Source: Gemmatimonadota bacterium
GTDB lineage: Bacteria; Gemmatimonadota; Gemmatimonadetes; Palauibacterales; Palauibacteraceae
Direction of reading: 5' to 3'
DNA length: 64,000 nt
NCBI GenBank assembly: GCA_039587755.1
Contig: JBDHBD010000013.1
Coordinates: 1,300-65,299, forward strand
The notes beneath the pieces are model-generated. The model was not told where the DNA came from and made no database searches. It saw only the letters and a program-made list of their open reading frames with translations. Position 1 is the first letter of the stretch; every line of letters begins with the position of its first letter. Of the stretch, positions 50,165 through 60,144 are shown in pieces. The position numbers and the translations under genes are program-made.

Positions 50165-51955
50165 TCAAAACGCGCCGCCGCCCCCGCCGCCGAACCCGCC
50201 GCCGGAAAACCCGCCTCCGCCGCTGAATCCCGAGCCACCCGAGCTGCGCGGGGCGGACGCCATCGCGGTGGCCGCCTGGGTGGACATTCTGCCGAGGTCG
50301 GATACGAAGACGTGGGGATGGAACGTGCCGTAGTGTCTTCCGTGATACCACTCGGGTGGCTCGCGATAGATGTCTTCGAACGCCCGAGCCCAGCGCGCCT
50401 CCACGCCCAACGCCATGGCGAACGGCAGGAACTTCTCGAACATTTCCGGGCCCGTGATCATCCGTTTGAAGCGGTCCGACTCTACGCGGTTCAGGAACTC
50501 CTCGAAGCCGCGAACCTTCTCAAGCAATCGCGCCCCCTGGATCGTTCGAGCCGGCATCACGAGGCCGAACCCCAAGACGATCAGACCGCTCGCCACGCCG
50601 CCGACCACCAGGGCGAGTGGGGCGAGCCCGAGGCGCTCGGCGACGAAGTTGCCGAACCCCGCCACGATGATTCCACCCACTATGCCGGCCGCGATCCAGC
50701 GGCCCTTCACGCGGTCCGGGCGCTGGCGGTACACCTTGAGCTTGAGGAGCCGGTCCATCAGCGAGTCTTTGATGCCGGGAAGGTCCTTGTAGAACTCGTT
50801 CTCCAGGTCCGAAAGGCGGACCGTGTCACCCCGGCCGCCAAACAGCGCACGCAGCAGCTTGTGCTCGAAATGTTCCAGGTCGTCCCATTCGGCGCGCGGC
50901 CGCTTGAGGTGGAAAGCGTACTCGCGGCTCGACAGGAGCCCGAACAGCTTTTCCTCTTCCGTCTCCTCGATCACCAGGTAACCCCGCACGGCCAGATCGA
51001 CGATGGTGGCGGTCACGTCCCGCATGTCCGCCGAGTCGTCGGCCACGACACCGAGTTCCGCGGGTCGGAGGCCGTCGGGTGGCTCGTACAGCGGCGAGAT
51101 CGATCGGAGCTCCGGATCCCGACCGCGTGTGGACCACAGGCGATACATGCCCACCAGCGCGAGGAACGGAAGCAGGAGCGGCCAGTTCGCTGCGAAGAAC
51201 GAGACGCCCCGATCCATTGCGGTCGGTCGATGGATCACACCCGGATTCCAGGCGACGGCGATCGTGAGCCCCTCCCGATAGCCCAGCTGCTGCTGGCTCG
51301 CGATCGTGATGCGCGACCCCGTCCGCCTCACATCCGCCGCCTGCTCCTGCGAGCCATAAGCGCCTGTGAACGCGTTCGCTCGTATGCCGGTCGCCTCGGC
51401 CGGCAGAACGACGGTCGCCGTGGCCGCCTCGATCGGGACCGGCCACTCGTCTCCCGTGACGTTCCAGTACAGCTCATCGTAGGCCTCGACGATGCCCTCC
51501 CGCTCGCTGTCCGCCTCGAAGAAGCGCAGCGCGTTCTCCACTCTGTAACGGATGACTACCGTCCGGGTGGCATCACGTGCACCGGGAATCCACACCTTGA
51601 TGCGCCGGTAATGTCGCTCTCGGCTCAATTCCCGACGAAGCGAGTTCCCCGCACCATCCGTGACCTCCTCGACCTTGAGCTGGAGCTTGTATCCGAAGCC
51701 GGTCGGCGTGCGGTAGTCGATCGGAATGTCGCGGTAAATCCCGTTCCAGGAGCCCGAAAAACGGGGGCGAATCGTCTCGGTGACCACGACGTCTCCGCTC
51801 TTTAGCACCGTGATGTCGGCGTTGAACCTCGCGATCACCCACGAGCGTGCTTGCGGCGGATCGGGCCTGGCTACAGCGGCAGGGGACAGACCGACACCGA
51901 GAACGGCCAGGCCCACGACGGCCAGGGAGACGACACCCGTCTGGCGTCTACGCAT
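50165..51955 (-). CDS. DUF2207-family membrane protein (large extracytoplasmic N-domain, TM helices, Gly-rich C-terminal tail)
   Basis: Signal MRRRQTGVVSLAVVGLAVLGVGLS. Internal TM cluster. C-terminal SGGSGFSGGGGFSGGGFGGGGGGAF, typical of DUF2207. Gene neighbour of lemA. Confidence 0.7.
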   Translation of the reverse strand: MRRRQTGVVSLAVVGLAVLGVGLSPAAVARPDPPQARSWVIARFNADITVLKSGDVVVTETIRPRFSGSWNGIYRDIPIDYRTPTGFGYKLQLKVEEVTDGAGNSLRRELSRERHYRRIKVWIPGARDATRTVVIRYRVENALRFFEADSEREGIVEAYDELYWNVTGDEWPVPIEAATATVVLPAEATGIRANAFTGAYGSQEQAADVRRTGSRITIASQQQLGYREGLTIAVAWNPGVIHRPTAMDRGVSFFAANWPLLLPFLALVGMYRLWSTRGRDPELRSISPLYEPPDGLRPAELGVVADDSADMRDVTATIVDLAVRGYLVIEETEEEKLFGLLSSREYAFHLKRPRAEWDDLEHFEHKLLRALFGGRGDTVRLSDLENEFYKDLPGIKDSLMDRLLKLKVYRQRPDRVKGRWIAAGIVGGIIVAGFGNFVAERLGLAPLALVVGGVASGLIVLGFGLVMPARTIQGARLLEKVRGFEEFLNRVESDRFKRMITGPEMFEKFLPFAMALGVEARWARAFEDIYREPPEWYHGRHYGTFHPHVFVSDLGRMSTQAATAMASAPRSSGGSGFSGGGGFSGGGFGGGGGGAF

Positions 51956-52508
51956 CGCTAGCGTCAAACCGCACCTCGGGAGCCTCTCTCTGGCCCTCGT
52001 CCTCGAGGACGAAGAACTCGCGTCCCGTGAAGCCGAACGCGTTAGCCAGCAGGTTGGTCGGAAAGACCTGTGTCTTGGTGTTGTAGTCGCGGACGACCGC
52101 ATTGTAGTAACGGCGCGCGTTCTGGATCGCCCCCTCGATCTCCTCGAGAGAACCCTGCAGCTGCGTGAAGCTCTCGACGGCGCGCAGCTGCGGGTACGCC
52201 TCCGCCAGCGCGAACAGCTGCCGCAGCGCTCCGGTCAGCACGTTCTCCGCTTGCGCCTGCGCGGCCGGCCCTTCGGCGCTGATCGCGCGATTGCGCGCCT
52301 CGACCACCGCCTCGAGGGTCTCGCGCTCGTGTCCCGCGTACCCTTTGACCGTTTCGACCAGGTTCGGAATCAGGTCATAGCGGCGCTTGAGCTGCACGTC
52401 GATGTCGGCCCATGCGTTGTTGCTTCGGACCCTAAGCTTGACGAGGCTGTTGTACATTCCGATGACGATGAAGACGAGCACGACGAGAACCAGCAGCGCG
52501 ATCCACAT
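51948..52508 (-). CDS. lemA: LemA family protein
   Basis: N-terminal TM WIALLVLVVLVFIVIGMYNSLV followed by the LemA domain (…AWADIDVQLKRRYDLIPNLVETVKGYAGHERETLEAVVEAR…). Confidence 0.85.
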   Translation of the reverse strand: MWIALLVLVVLVFIVIGMYNSLVKLRVRSNNAWADIDVQLKRRYDLIPNLVETVKGYAGHERETLEAVVEARNRAISAEGPAAQAQAENVLTGALRQLFALAEAYPQLRAVESFTQLQGSLEEIEGAIQNARRYYNAVVRDYNTKTQVFPTNLLANAFGFTGREFFVLEDEGQREAPEVRFDASDA

Positions 52509-52680
52509 GTCTGAGCTCCTCCTGGCTGGTGAGTACAGGCAGCACACGCGACGGAGCCTGCAACGTCGCGCAATTCCATATATTATGAAAGGCCGCCGCG
52601 AACGGTAATCCCGGCGACTCGTCCGATGCGAGGGCGGGGCCGCCCGACCGCACCGTCGCGGTGCTCGCCGAGGAGGCCGG

Positions 52681-53448
52681 ATGCTCGTTCAGTACCGTCG
52701 CGACGGCGGCGCGAGGCTCTTCCGTCAGCACGATCATGCGTTGCTTTCCGGTCAGCTCGCGGCCGCGTGGACCGGAATCGGTCGGGCCCCAACTCCGCTG
52801 GGCTTCGAGCTCGTGCTTGCGACGGCGCTCCATGACATCGCGTGGCGGGACCTGGACGAGGCTCCGATGCTCGACCCCGAAACGGGACACGCGTTGCCTT
52901 TCCATGCCTATCCGCTCGACGAAAAGGTCTCGGCATACCGCCGTGGACTGGACGAGGTGGGCCGCCTTCACCCGTACGCCGCGCTCCTGGCAAGCTTGCA
53001 CTACACCTCGTTTCCCGATGTCGAAGGCCTCGGGACTCTGCTCGAGGCGGAGTCCGAGCGGCGCATCTCCCTCCGCGAGACCCTCGAGCTCGGGGCGTAC
53101 GACGAGGGCCGGATCGCACGGGATCTGGAATTCCTGAAGTTGTTCGACAGCCTGTCGATCTTCCTGTGTCTCACTCCGCCGTCTGCGAGCACGGATGATC
53201 AACCCGTCTGGGTCGAGTCGGCCCGGCATGCGAAGACCCCGTTCGGGGAGAGTCTGCACCTGACCTGGGTTGAGGAGGATGTGTTGCACATCGATCCGTT
53301 TCCGTTTCGGGGCCCGGTGGAGGCGAGGATCGCGTACCGGGAGCTCGAAGGACGTTTCGAGGACGAGGAGACGCTCCGCGCCGCATGGGAGACCGCGTCC
53401 GATAGCACCTGGTGGATCTGGCTGCGCCCCGCACCCAGACTTGCCTGA
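52681..53448 (+). CDS. Hypothetical protein (possible DUF3891-like; contains HD-like motifs), divergent from lemA
   Basis: 255-aa ORF with ordinary codon usage. Motifs …FRQHDHALLSG… and …ATALHDIAWRDLDE…. No confident family assignment. Confidence 0.4.
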   Translation: MLVQYRRDGGARLFRQHDHALLSGQLAAAWTGIGRAPTPLGFELVLATALHDIAWRDLDEAPMLDPETGHALPFHAYPLDEKVSAYRRGLDEVGRLHPYAALLASLHYTSFPDVEGLGTLLEAESERRISLRETLELGAYDEGRIARDLEFLKLFDSLSIFLCLTPPSASTDDQPVWVESARHAKTPFGESLHLTWVEEDVLHIDPFPFRGPVEARIAYRELEGRFEDEETLRAAWETASDSTWWIWLRPAPRLA

Positions 53449-53480
53449 CTGCTCTGGCCTGACCAGCCCCGGCCTGACCG

Positions 53481-54401
53481 TTATAGAGCGCTCCAGTAGC
53501 GCTCCCCGGCCACGCCGGCCGCCGCGACCGTGCCGCAGTGGATAGCGACCGTGTCATCGGTGTGCAACGCGTAGCCGCCGGCGAGACAAACCCCGACGGG
53601 TACGTTCGCCTCGCCCAACATTCCGAGGACCAGCTCGTCGCGCCGACGGAGGCCGTCGATCGACAACGCGAGACCACCCAGCTGGTCCTCTCGATACGGG
53701 TCCGCCCCAGCCAGGTAGAAGGCCAGATCCGGACGATGCGTGCGCACGATCGAGGGCAGATGCTGCTCCAGAAGCCTCAGGTACTCGTGGTCAGCTGTCC
53801 AATCGACCAGGCCGAGGTCCATGTCGCCGGGCGGTTTGTGCATCGGGTAGTTGTGCTGCTGGTGCATCGAGAACGTGTACACCTGGGCGTCTTCGGAGAA
53901 GATGGCCGCCGTCCCGTTGCCGTGATGCACGTCGCAGTCGATCATGAGGGATCGGTCGATCTTCCCCTGTCGCTCGAGCTCACGCACGGCCACCGCTACG
54001 TCGTTGAGCGGACAGAAGCCTTCGCCGTGGTCGGGGAAGGCATGGTGAAATCCCCCTCCCAGATGGACGGCCACGCCGTGCTCGAGGGCGAGTCGCCCGG
54101 TCAGGATGGAGCCCCCTGCGCACAGCCAGGCCGCGTCGCAAAGGGCACGCGAATACGGCACTTCGAGCAGGAGCTGCTCCTGCGGGCTCAGGTCGCCGTG
54201 CTTGAGTTTGCCCATCCAGCGCTCGGTGTGCACCAGCAGAATCGCCTCGTCACTCGCCGGCTCTGGCCGGTGGAGGTCGCCCTCCCGGACCACGCCTTCT
54301 TCCAGAAGGCGCTCTCGTACCAGACGGTACTTGGCCGTGGGAAAGACGTGCGGCCCGATATCTACCTCGTAAGCCTCGTGAAACACCACGGGCATACCCA
54401 T
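53481..54401 (-). CDS. Histone deacetylase-family enzyme (acetoin utilisation AcuC / acetylpolyamine amidohydrolase-like)
   Basis: HDAC-fold motifs HLGGGFHHAFPDHGEGFCPLNDVA and MIDCDVHHGNGT. Confidence 0.85.
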   Translation of the reverse strand: MGMPVVFHEAYEVDIGPHVFPTAKYRLVRERLLEEGVVREGDLHRPEPASDEAILLVHTERWMGKLKHGDLSPQEQLLLEVPYSRALCDAAWLCAGGSILTGRLALEHGVAVHLGGGFHHAFPDHGEGFCPLNDVAVAVRELERQGKIDRSLMIDCDVHHGNGTAAIFSEDAQVYTFSMHQQHNYPMHKPPGDMDLGLVDWTADHEYLRLLEQHLPSIVRTHRPDLAFYLAGADPYREDQLGGLALSIDGLRRRDELVLGMLGEANVPVGVCLAGGYALHTDDTVAIHCGTVAAAGVAGERYWSAL

Positions 54402-54478
54402 CGAAGATCCTCACTCGGTCGTCCCGCAAATCGCGCGCACGGTTCCGGTCGACGATGGCATAAACTAGACTGCAACAC

Positions 54479-55264
54479 ATGACGATGCTCCCGTTGTATC
54501 AGGTGGATGCGTTCACCGGGCAGCGGTTCCGAGGCAACCCGGCAGCGGTCTGCCCACTTCAGGAATGGCTGTCGGACGCGCTCCTCCAGGCCATTGCGTC
54601 CGAGAACAACCTCTCCGAGACCGCGTTCTTTGTCCCCCACGAAGGCGGGTTCGAGCTGCGGTGGTTCACGCCGGTGGCCGAAGTCGAATTGTGTGGTCAC
54701 GCGACGCTGGCGACTGCGTGGGTGTTGTTCGAGCAGCTAGGTCACGAATCTGAGTCGATCGTCTTTCGCACACAGAGCGGTCCGCTGACCGTCGTGCGCG
54801 CGGGCTCGCGGCTGCGGATGGATTTCCCAGCGTCCCCCGCGACCGTCGTGGCCGCGTCGGCGCCCCTGACGGAGGCGCTGGGCACAGACTCCGCTGACGC
54901 ATGGGCGGCGGAGCGCGACTACCTGGTCGTGCTGGAGTCGGAGCAACACGTGCGAGCGCTGCGGCCCGATTACGTGCGTCTGGCGGATCTGGATCTGCCG
55001 GGCATGATTGTCACGGCGCCCGGTGACGATGTCGACTTCGTGTCGCGCTTTTTCGCCCCGGCGCTCGGGGTGCCCGAGGATCCGGTGACCGGCTCCGCCC
55101 ACTGCACGCTGGTGCCGTATTGGTCGCGACGTTTGGGCAAGGACGCACTGCACGCGCGTCAGATCTCGGCAAGAGGAGGAGAGCTGTTCTGTGTGGATCG
55201 AGGCGACCGAATCGAGATCGCGGGCGAGTGCGTCCTCTATTTCGAGGGGTCGATTCGCGTCTGA
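54479..55264 (+). CDS. PhzF-family phenazine biosynthesis-like isomerase
   Basis: PhzF signature LPLYQVDAFTGQRFRGNPAAVC…SETAFF…ELCGHATLA, and C-terminal DPVTGSAHCTLVPYW. Confidence 0.85.
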   Translation: MTMLPLYQVDAFTGQRFRGNPAAVCPLQEWLSDALLQAIASENNLSETAFFVPHEGGFELRWFTPVAEVELCGHATLATAWVLFEQLGHESESIVFRTQSGPLTVVRAGSRLRMDFPASPATVVAASAPLTEALGTDSADAWAAERDYLVVLESEQHVRALRPDYVRLADLDLPGMIVTAPGDDVDFVSRFFAPALGVPEDPVTGSAHCTLVPYWSRRLGKDALHARQISARGGELFCVDRGDRIEIAGECVLYFEGSIRV

Positions 55265-55346
55265 GCTTGCCGCACGAGTGACGTCGCGATCATCGAGTTC
55301 GTCTACCTGATGAGACCGGGAGCGGTCGTCCATCGGGAGGCGAACC

Positions 55347-56063
55347 ATGATCGATCGACGAAGCGATACAAGCCATGCCCGCGTCGTCCTGGCGCGGGGA
55401 CTCGGCCTGGCGGTTCTCACGCTGGTGCTGGCCCGACCCGCCACGGCACAGGATTGGGCGCTTGGTGCGGGATTCGCCATCAGCGTGCCGCAGGGCGACT
55501 TTGGCCAGGTGGTCGGCGAGGGGTACGGCGCAAGCGGCCACGTGGTGTACCGCCCCTATCCAGGCGTGCTCGGGCTGCGGCTGGATGCCGCGTTCATCAC
55601 GTATGGCTCCGAGCGTTTGTTCGTGCCCGGGTTCCCGTCGCCACGGGTCGGGTTCGACGTGCGCACGCACAACAACATCGCGATGTTCAGCATCGGCCCG
55701 CAGCTCACCCTGCCGGCGGGTGCGATCGAGCCCTACGTGAACGGATTCGTGGGCCTGGGCTACTTCTTCACCGAGTCGTCACTGGACGGCGGGGATCCCT
55801 TCTATTCGACCCTCGCCCGCACGACGAACTTCGATGACACGAGCCTCGCCTATGGGTTCGGGGGTGGGCTCGGCATCGCCCTCACGCAGGGCCGGCGGCC
55901 CATTCGGCTGCTCCTCGATGCGCAGTATCGGCATCACGACACGACCCACTACCTGCGGGAGGGCAGCATCGTGGAGGACGACTTCGGAAACGTGCACATC
56001 ACGTTCTTCGAGAGCGATGCGGACCTGATTCTCCTGAAGTTCGGCGTGTCGTTTACCCTGTAA
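55347..56063 (+). CDS. Predicted outer-membrane beta-barrel protein (OmpA-like barrel / porin family)
   Basis: Signal …ARVVLARGLGLAVLTLVLARPATAQD. Alternating-hydrophobic beta strands with Gly/aromatic girdles. C-terminal …LLKFGVSFTL. Confidence 0.5.
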   Translation: MIDRRSDTSHARVVLARGLGLAVLTLVLARPATAQDWALGAGFAISVPQGDFGQVVGEGYGASGHVVYRPYPGVLGLRLDAAFITYGSERLFVPGFPSPRVGFDVRTHNNIAMFSIGPQLTLPAGAIEPYVNGFVGLGYFFTESSLDGGDPFYSTLARTTNFDDTSLAYGFGGGLGIALTQGRRPIRLLLDAQYRHHDTTHYLREGSIVEDDFGNVHITFFESDADLILLKFGVSFTL

Positions 56064-56116
56064 CGACGGGTGGGTTCTGGAGGACCGGCGGGTCGCTGGC
56101 GTCTGCCGGTGGCCCG

Positions 56117-57316
56117 TCAGGGAGCCCGCACCAGACGCTGCACGCGGCCGTCGCCGGTCAACACGTAAAGCTCGCCGGACGCGTCCTCGCCGAACGAGAA
56201 GACGCTGCCGAGATCACCCACCGGCCACGAGCGGGGCTCGACGGCCTCGCCTCCCACGAGACGGAAGCTGCGCAGGAAGCCGCTGCAGAAGTCCGAGTAT
56301 AGGTAGTGGCCCTGAAGGTCGGGAATCGCCGCACCTCGATAGACGAATCCGCCGGTCACGGAGCAGCCCTGTGAGTGGTCGTATTCCAGCACGGGAAGCG
56401 TGAGACCAGTTTGATCGCACGAGTCTCCGCCGAAGCAGTGGGTCCCTTCCATGACGTTCCAACCGTAGTTGAGCCCGCCAGCGGAAGCCGGGGCAGCGTT
56501 CACCTCTTCATAGCTGGACTGACCTACGTCGGCGATAAACAGCGTTTCCGTTGACCGGTCGAAAGCGAACCGCCACGGGTTTCGGAGGCCGTACGCCCAG
56601 ATCTCCGGTCGGGCACCGGCCTGTCCGACGAAAGGGTTGTCGGCGGGCACCGCGTAGGGATCGCCGCCATCGACGTCGATTCGGAGAATGGCCCCGAGCC
56701 ACGTGCCGAGCTCCTGAGCGTTCCCGAACTGATCGCCGCCGCCCCCTCCATCCCCGAGGCCCACGTACAGCATCCCGTCCGGGGCGAACATCACGAGCCC
56801 GCCGTTGTGATTGGAGGCAGGCTGCTCGACTTCCAGAATCGTGAGCGCCGATGTGGGGTCCGCTCGATCCAGATCGGTCGATACGGTGTACCGCTCGACT
56901 CGACTGTCTCCATCGCCAAACGTGTAGCTGACGTAAACGAGACCGTTCGAGGCGTAGTCGGGATGGAAGGCGAAGCCCAGCAGGCCCTGCTCGTTGCCCG
57001 AGCTCTGCACCTCAGCCCGGATGTCCAGATACGGTGTTGGAAGCAGCGCGCCGTCCTTCACGATACGGATGCGGCCTGGCTGCTCCACGATGAACAGCCG
57101 ATCATCCCCGGGCGGAGCCGTCAGCTGGAGCGGGCGGGTAAGGCCGGCGGCCACCGTCTCCAGCGCGATGCTGCCGTCCTGACCCGTGGGGATGGGTTCG
57201 AAGGTTTCAGGGCTTCCCGAGCAGCTTAGAACGGCGGCAAGCATGAAGGTGGAAAACGACTCGTGTCGGGCGAGAGGGCCGCTTCGGGCTGTCCTCCGCC
57301 GGGTACTCAAGGTCAA
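56117..57316 (-). CDS. PQQ-dependent soluble sugar (glucose/sorbosone) dehydrogenase-family beta-propeller
   Basis: Lipoprotein-like signal …FMLAAVLSCSG. GSDH-family blades (…DDRLFIVEQPGRIRIV…, …NHNGGLVMFAPDGMLYVGLGDGGGGGD…, …EIWAYGLRNPWRFAFD…). Alternative start at 57244. Confidence 0.7.
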   Translation of the reverse strand: MTLSTRRRTARSGPLARHESFSTFMLAAVLSCSGSPETFEPIPTGQDGSIALETVAAGLTRPLQLTAPPGDDRLFIVEQPGRIRIVKDGALLPTPYLDIRAEVQSSGNEQGLLGFAFHPDYASNGLVYVSYTFGDGDSRVERYTVSTDLDRADPTSALTILEVEQPASNHNGGLVMFAPDGMLYVGLGDGGGGGDQFGNAQELGTWLGAILRIDVDGGDPYAVPADNPFVGQAGARPEIWAYGLRNPWRFAFDRSTETLFIADVGQSSYEEVNAAPASAGGLNYGWNVMEGTHCFGGDSCDQTGLTLPVLEYDHSQGCSVTGGFVYRGAAIPDLQGHYLYSDFCSGFLRSFRLVGGEAVEPRSWPVGDLGSVFSFGEDASGELYVLTGDGRVQRLVRAP

Positions 57317-58488
57317 TCCCGGTACGCTTCCAAGAGGATGTTCGCGACCTCGGGCCGTGTGAACTCCGCTGGGGGGCGCTCCCCTCGCCGGAGCATCTCG
57401 CGGAGCTTCGTGCCCGATAGGAACACCCGCTGATCGGGATTGGAGGGTGATGTCTTCGATGTGGCCATCTGCTGGGTCAATCGGCAGTAGAACGCGTGCT
57501 CGAAGTTAAGCGGCCGGATACCGAGCGCGTCCGAGTCGATCTCATCGAAGATCCGCTGCGCATCGTATGTGCCGTAGTAGTCGCCGACCCCCGCGTGGTC
57601 GCGGCCGACGATGAAGTGGGTGCAGCCGTAGTTGCGGCGCATGATCGCGTGAAAGACCGCCTCACGCGGGCCCGCATAACGCATCGCGGCCGGGAGGACC
57701 GACAACAGGACACGGTCATCCGGAAAGTAGCGCTCCAAGAGGACCCGATAGCACTCCATCCGGACCTCGGCCGGCACGTCGTCCGACTTCGTTTCCCCCA
57801 CGATCGGGTGGACGAGGAGTCCCTCCACGATCTCGAGCGCGCACTTCTGCAGGTACTCGTGCGCCCGATGAATGGGATTTCGGGTCTGGAACGCGACCAC
57901 CGATTCCCAGCCGGCTTCCTGAAAGTGCCGTCGAGTGGCGTACGGTGTGTGATGGTCCGCCGGAAAGCCGCTGATGTCACCTGGGTACGCGTAGTGCACG
58001 ATGCCGGCCGCGCATTGCGTCCCCTGAGCCGTGACCGCTGCCACGCCAGGGTGAGCGGTGTCTGGCGTGCCATACACACGCTCGGCCTCCCGCTCCGCAT
58101 CGCGCACAAACACCTCACTGACTTCGAGAATACCGGCCAGCTCTCCGTCGGGAGCAAACAACGCGGCCTCGTCCCCGGGTCCGAGACGGGTCGTCTCATC
58201 TCCTTTCAGCGGCAAGACGACGGGAATCGTCCACGGAAGTCCGTTCGGCAGCGACATCTCCTCGACGACCGACTCGTAGGTCTCACCGTCCATGAAGCCT
58301 TCGAGGGGGGAGAACGCTCCGACGGACAGCAGGTACAGGTCGCTCAGGATTCGGCCGTCGAGCCGAACCTTCGTAAGCGACTCCGCGCGCTCGGCGAGTC
58401 GCCACCGCTCGTCCGACGTCACCGTACGGTCCACCAGCCGGCCCCCGTACGGTGCGATCGGGCCGACGAAGGCATTCGACTCGGGCAT
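57313..58488 (-). CDS. sat: Sulfate adenylyltransferase (single-chain ATP sulfurylase)
   Basis: PUA-like N-domain plus catalytic domain with QTRNPIHRAHE and GRDHAGVGDYYG motifs. The Arg-rich N-terminal ORF extension is judged non-coding. Confidence 0.85.
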   Translation of the reverse strand: MPESNAFVGPIAPYGGRLVDRTVTSDERWRLAERAESLTKVRLDGRILSDLYLLSVGAFSPLEGFMDGETYESVVEEMSLPNGLPWTIPVVLPLKGDETTRLGPGDEAALFAPDGELAGILEVSEVFVRDAEREAERVYGTPDTAHPGVAAVTAQGTQCAAGIVHYAYPGDISGFPADHHTPYATRRHFQEAGWESVVAFQTRNPIHRAHEYLQKCALEIVEGLLVHPIVGETKSDDVPAEVRMECYRVLLERYFPDDRVLLSVLPAAMRYAGPREAVFHAIMRRNYGCTHFIVGRDHAGVGDYYGTYDAQRIFDEIDSDALGIRPLNFEHAFYCRLTQQMATSKTSPSNPDQRVFLSGTKLREMLRRGERPPAEFTRPEVANILLEAYRD

Positions 58489-58562
58489 TGCCGAACCAGA
58501 CCGGTGAGGCGAATCGGGACGTCCGGCGGCGGATGCGGCGCGTCTGGAGCTCAATGCGTCGA

Positions 58563-59216
58563 TCAGCCCGAGAGAGCGCGCAGCGGATCGACGCTGCGGA
58601 CGTACCCGTGATCGCTCAGGAATCCGATGATGCGTTTCACGCACTCGTCCACGTCGTATAGGTTCGTCTCGACGATGAGCTCCGGGTCACTCGGTGGCTC
58701 GTAGGGAGCGCTCACTCCGGTGAAGTCAGGGATCTCGCCGGCTCGCGCACGCACATACAGGCCTTTCGGATCCCTTGCCTCACACACCTCCAGCGGACAC
58801 GAAACGAAGACTTCGAGGAAATCTCCGTCGCGGCCCATGAGCTCTCGAATCCGGTCACGGTCCCGGCGATACGGCGAGATGAAGGCGGTCAACACGATCG
58901 CGCCAGCTTCCGCGAACAGCTTAGCCACCTCTCCGACGCGCCGGATGTTCTCCACGCGGTCGTCAGGAGAGAACCCCAGATCCCCATTCAGTCCGTGTCG
59001 AACGTTGTCACCGTCCAGCACGTAGCTGAAGTAGCCCCGCTCGAACAGGCGCTTCTCCGTTTCCATGGCGAGAGTGCTCTTGCCGCTCGCCGACAGGCCT
59101 GTGAGCCACAGGACCACGCCACGATGACCACGGCGCTCCTCACGCTCCTCTCGACTGACCGGATCCGTCTGCCAGACGACGTTTTCGGACCTCAGATCAC
59201 CCACCCCACGCTCCAT
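58563..59216 (-). CDS. cysC: Adenylyl-sulfate (APS) kinase
   Basis: …[29 protein letters not shown]… P-loop and the APS kinase fold. Confidence 0.9.
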   Translation of the reverse strand: MERGVGDLRSENVVWQTDPVSREEREERRGHRGVVLWLTGLSASGKSTLAMETEKRLFERGYFSYVLDGDNVRHGLNGDLGFSPDDRVENIRRVGEVAKLFAEAGAIVLTAFISPYRRDRDRIRELMGRDGDFLEVFVSCPLEVCEARDPKGLYVRARAGEIPDFTGVSAPYEPPSDPELIVETNLYDVDECVKRIIGFLSDHGYVRSVDPLRALSG

Positions 59217-59265
59217 TTCCGTTGCCTTCCCGACCCTCGCGATCGGATCCTACAAGATACCTCGA

Positions 59266-60144
59266 TCACTCGAACATGTCCCGCGTTACCGACAGCACGA
59301 TCGGTGCCACACGAGACCACACCTCGTGAGTGGCCGCGAAGATCCCGCCCGGCTGGACGGGCTCCGGCTTACCATAACTGAGCGGCTCGCCCGCGCAGTC
59401 CGTCACCCGGCCGCCCGCGGCGCGAAGCAGCGCCTCGGGAGCGCACGTATCCCACTCCTTCAGGTAGGGCACCGGATGGACGTACAGATCGGCGCTCCCG
59501 GCCGCGATCAGCGCGCACTTGACCCCCACCGACCCGGACACGACCGGTTCGAACTCGCCGAGCTGACCTTCGAGTCGACGCAGCCGCTCTGCGGGGTGCG
59601 AGCGAGAGCGGACGAATCGCAGTCGGTCGAGGCTCGTGCCTACCGCCTCCAGCGGTCGGATCGACGGGGAGTCGAGCGCCTGCTCGATGAGCCACGCACC
59701 TTGGCCGATCGCGCCCAGGTACAGGCGTCCAACGGCGGGTTGGAAAACGGCGCCCAGAACCGCGGCGCCACGGCGGGACAGCCCGACCATGACGCTGAAC
59801 TCTCCGTTTCGGGCCAGGAACTCCTTCGTGCCGTCCAGCGGATCCACGATCCACAGCCGGTCGGTGGCTCCGCGGAGCGAGGGGGCAGGCGATTCTTCAC
59901 TGAGGATGGGCTCCTTCGGCCGCGCTCGTTCGAGTAGCGCCAGGATCGCGTCGTTCGAGGCGTGGTCGGCCTCCGTGACCGGGGCCCCGGCCCCCTTGGA
60001 GCGCACGTCGACCGTCGAATCTCCGTAGAACGCCATGGCGGCCTCCCCGCCTCGCAAGGCGGCCCGGGCGGCAGCAAGGAGATCGCCGCCAAGACCGTCC
60101 GCCACCGCGATTCCGGCCTCGCTCAACACACGGCTCAGCATCTT
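59266..60144 (-). CDS. cysQ: 3'(2'),5'-bisphosphate nucleotidase (inositol monophosphatase family)
   Basis: IMPase motifs WIVDPLDGTKEF and …ADLYVHP…WDTCAPEALL. Start placed at MLSRVLSEAG. Confidence 0.8.
   Translation of the reverse strand, partial: KMLSRVLSEAGIAVADGLGGDLLAAARAALRGGEAAMAFYGDSTVDVRSKGAGAPVTEADHASNDAILALLERARPKEPILSEESPAPSLRGATDRLWIVDPLDGTKEFLARNGEFSVMVGLSRRGAAVLGAVFQPAVGRLYLGAIGQGAWLIEQALDSPSIRPLEAVGTSLDRLRFVRSRSHPAERLRRLEGQLGEFEPVVSGSVGVKCALIAAGSADLYVHPVPYLKEWDTCAPEALLRAAGGRVTDCAGEPLSYGKPEPVQPGGIFAATHEVWSRVAPIVLSVTRDMFE

Noticed and set aside
57316-58644. Long N-terminal extension of the sat ORF ([20 protein letters not shown]…)
   Set aside because: The extension is Arg-rich with no motif. 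The conserved ATP-sulfurylase N-terminus begins at MPESNAFVGPIAPYGG (58488). The longer form would also overlap the 3' end of cysC.
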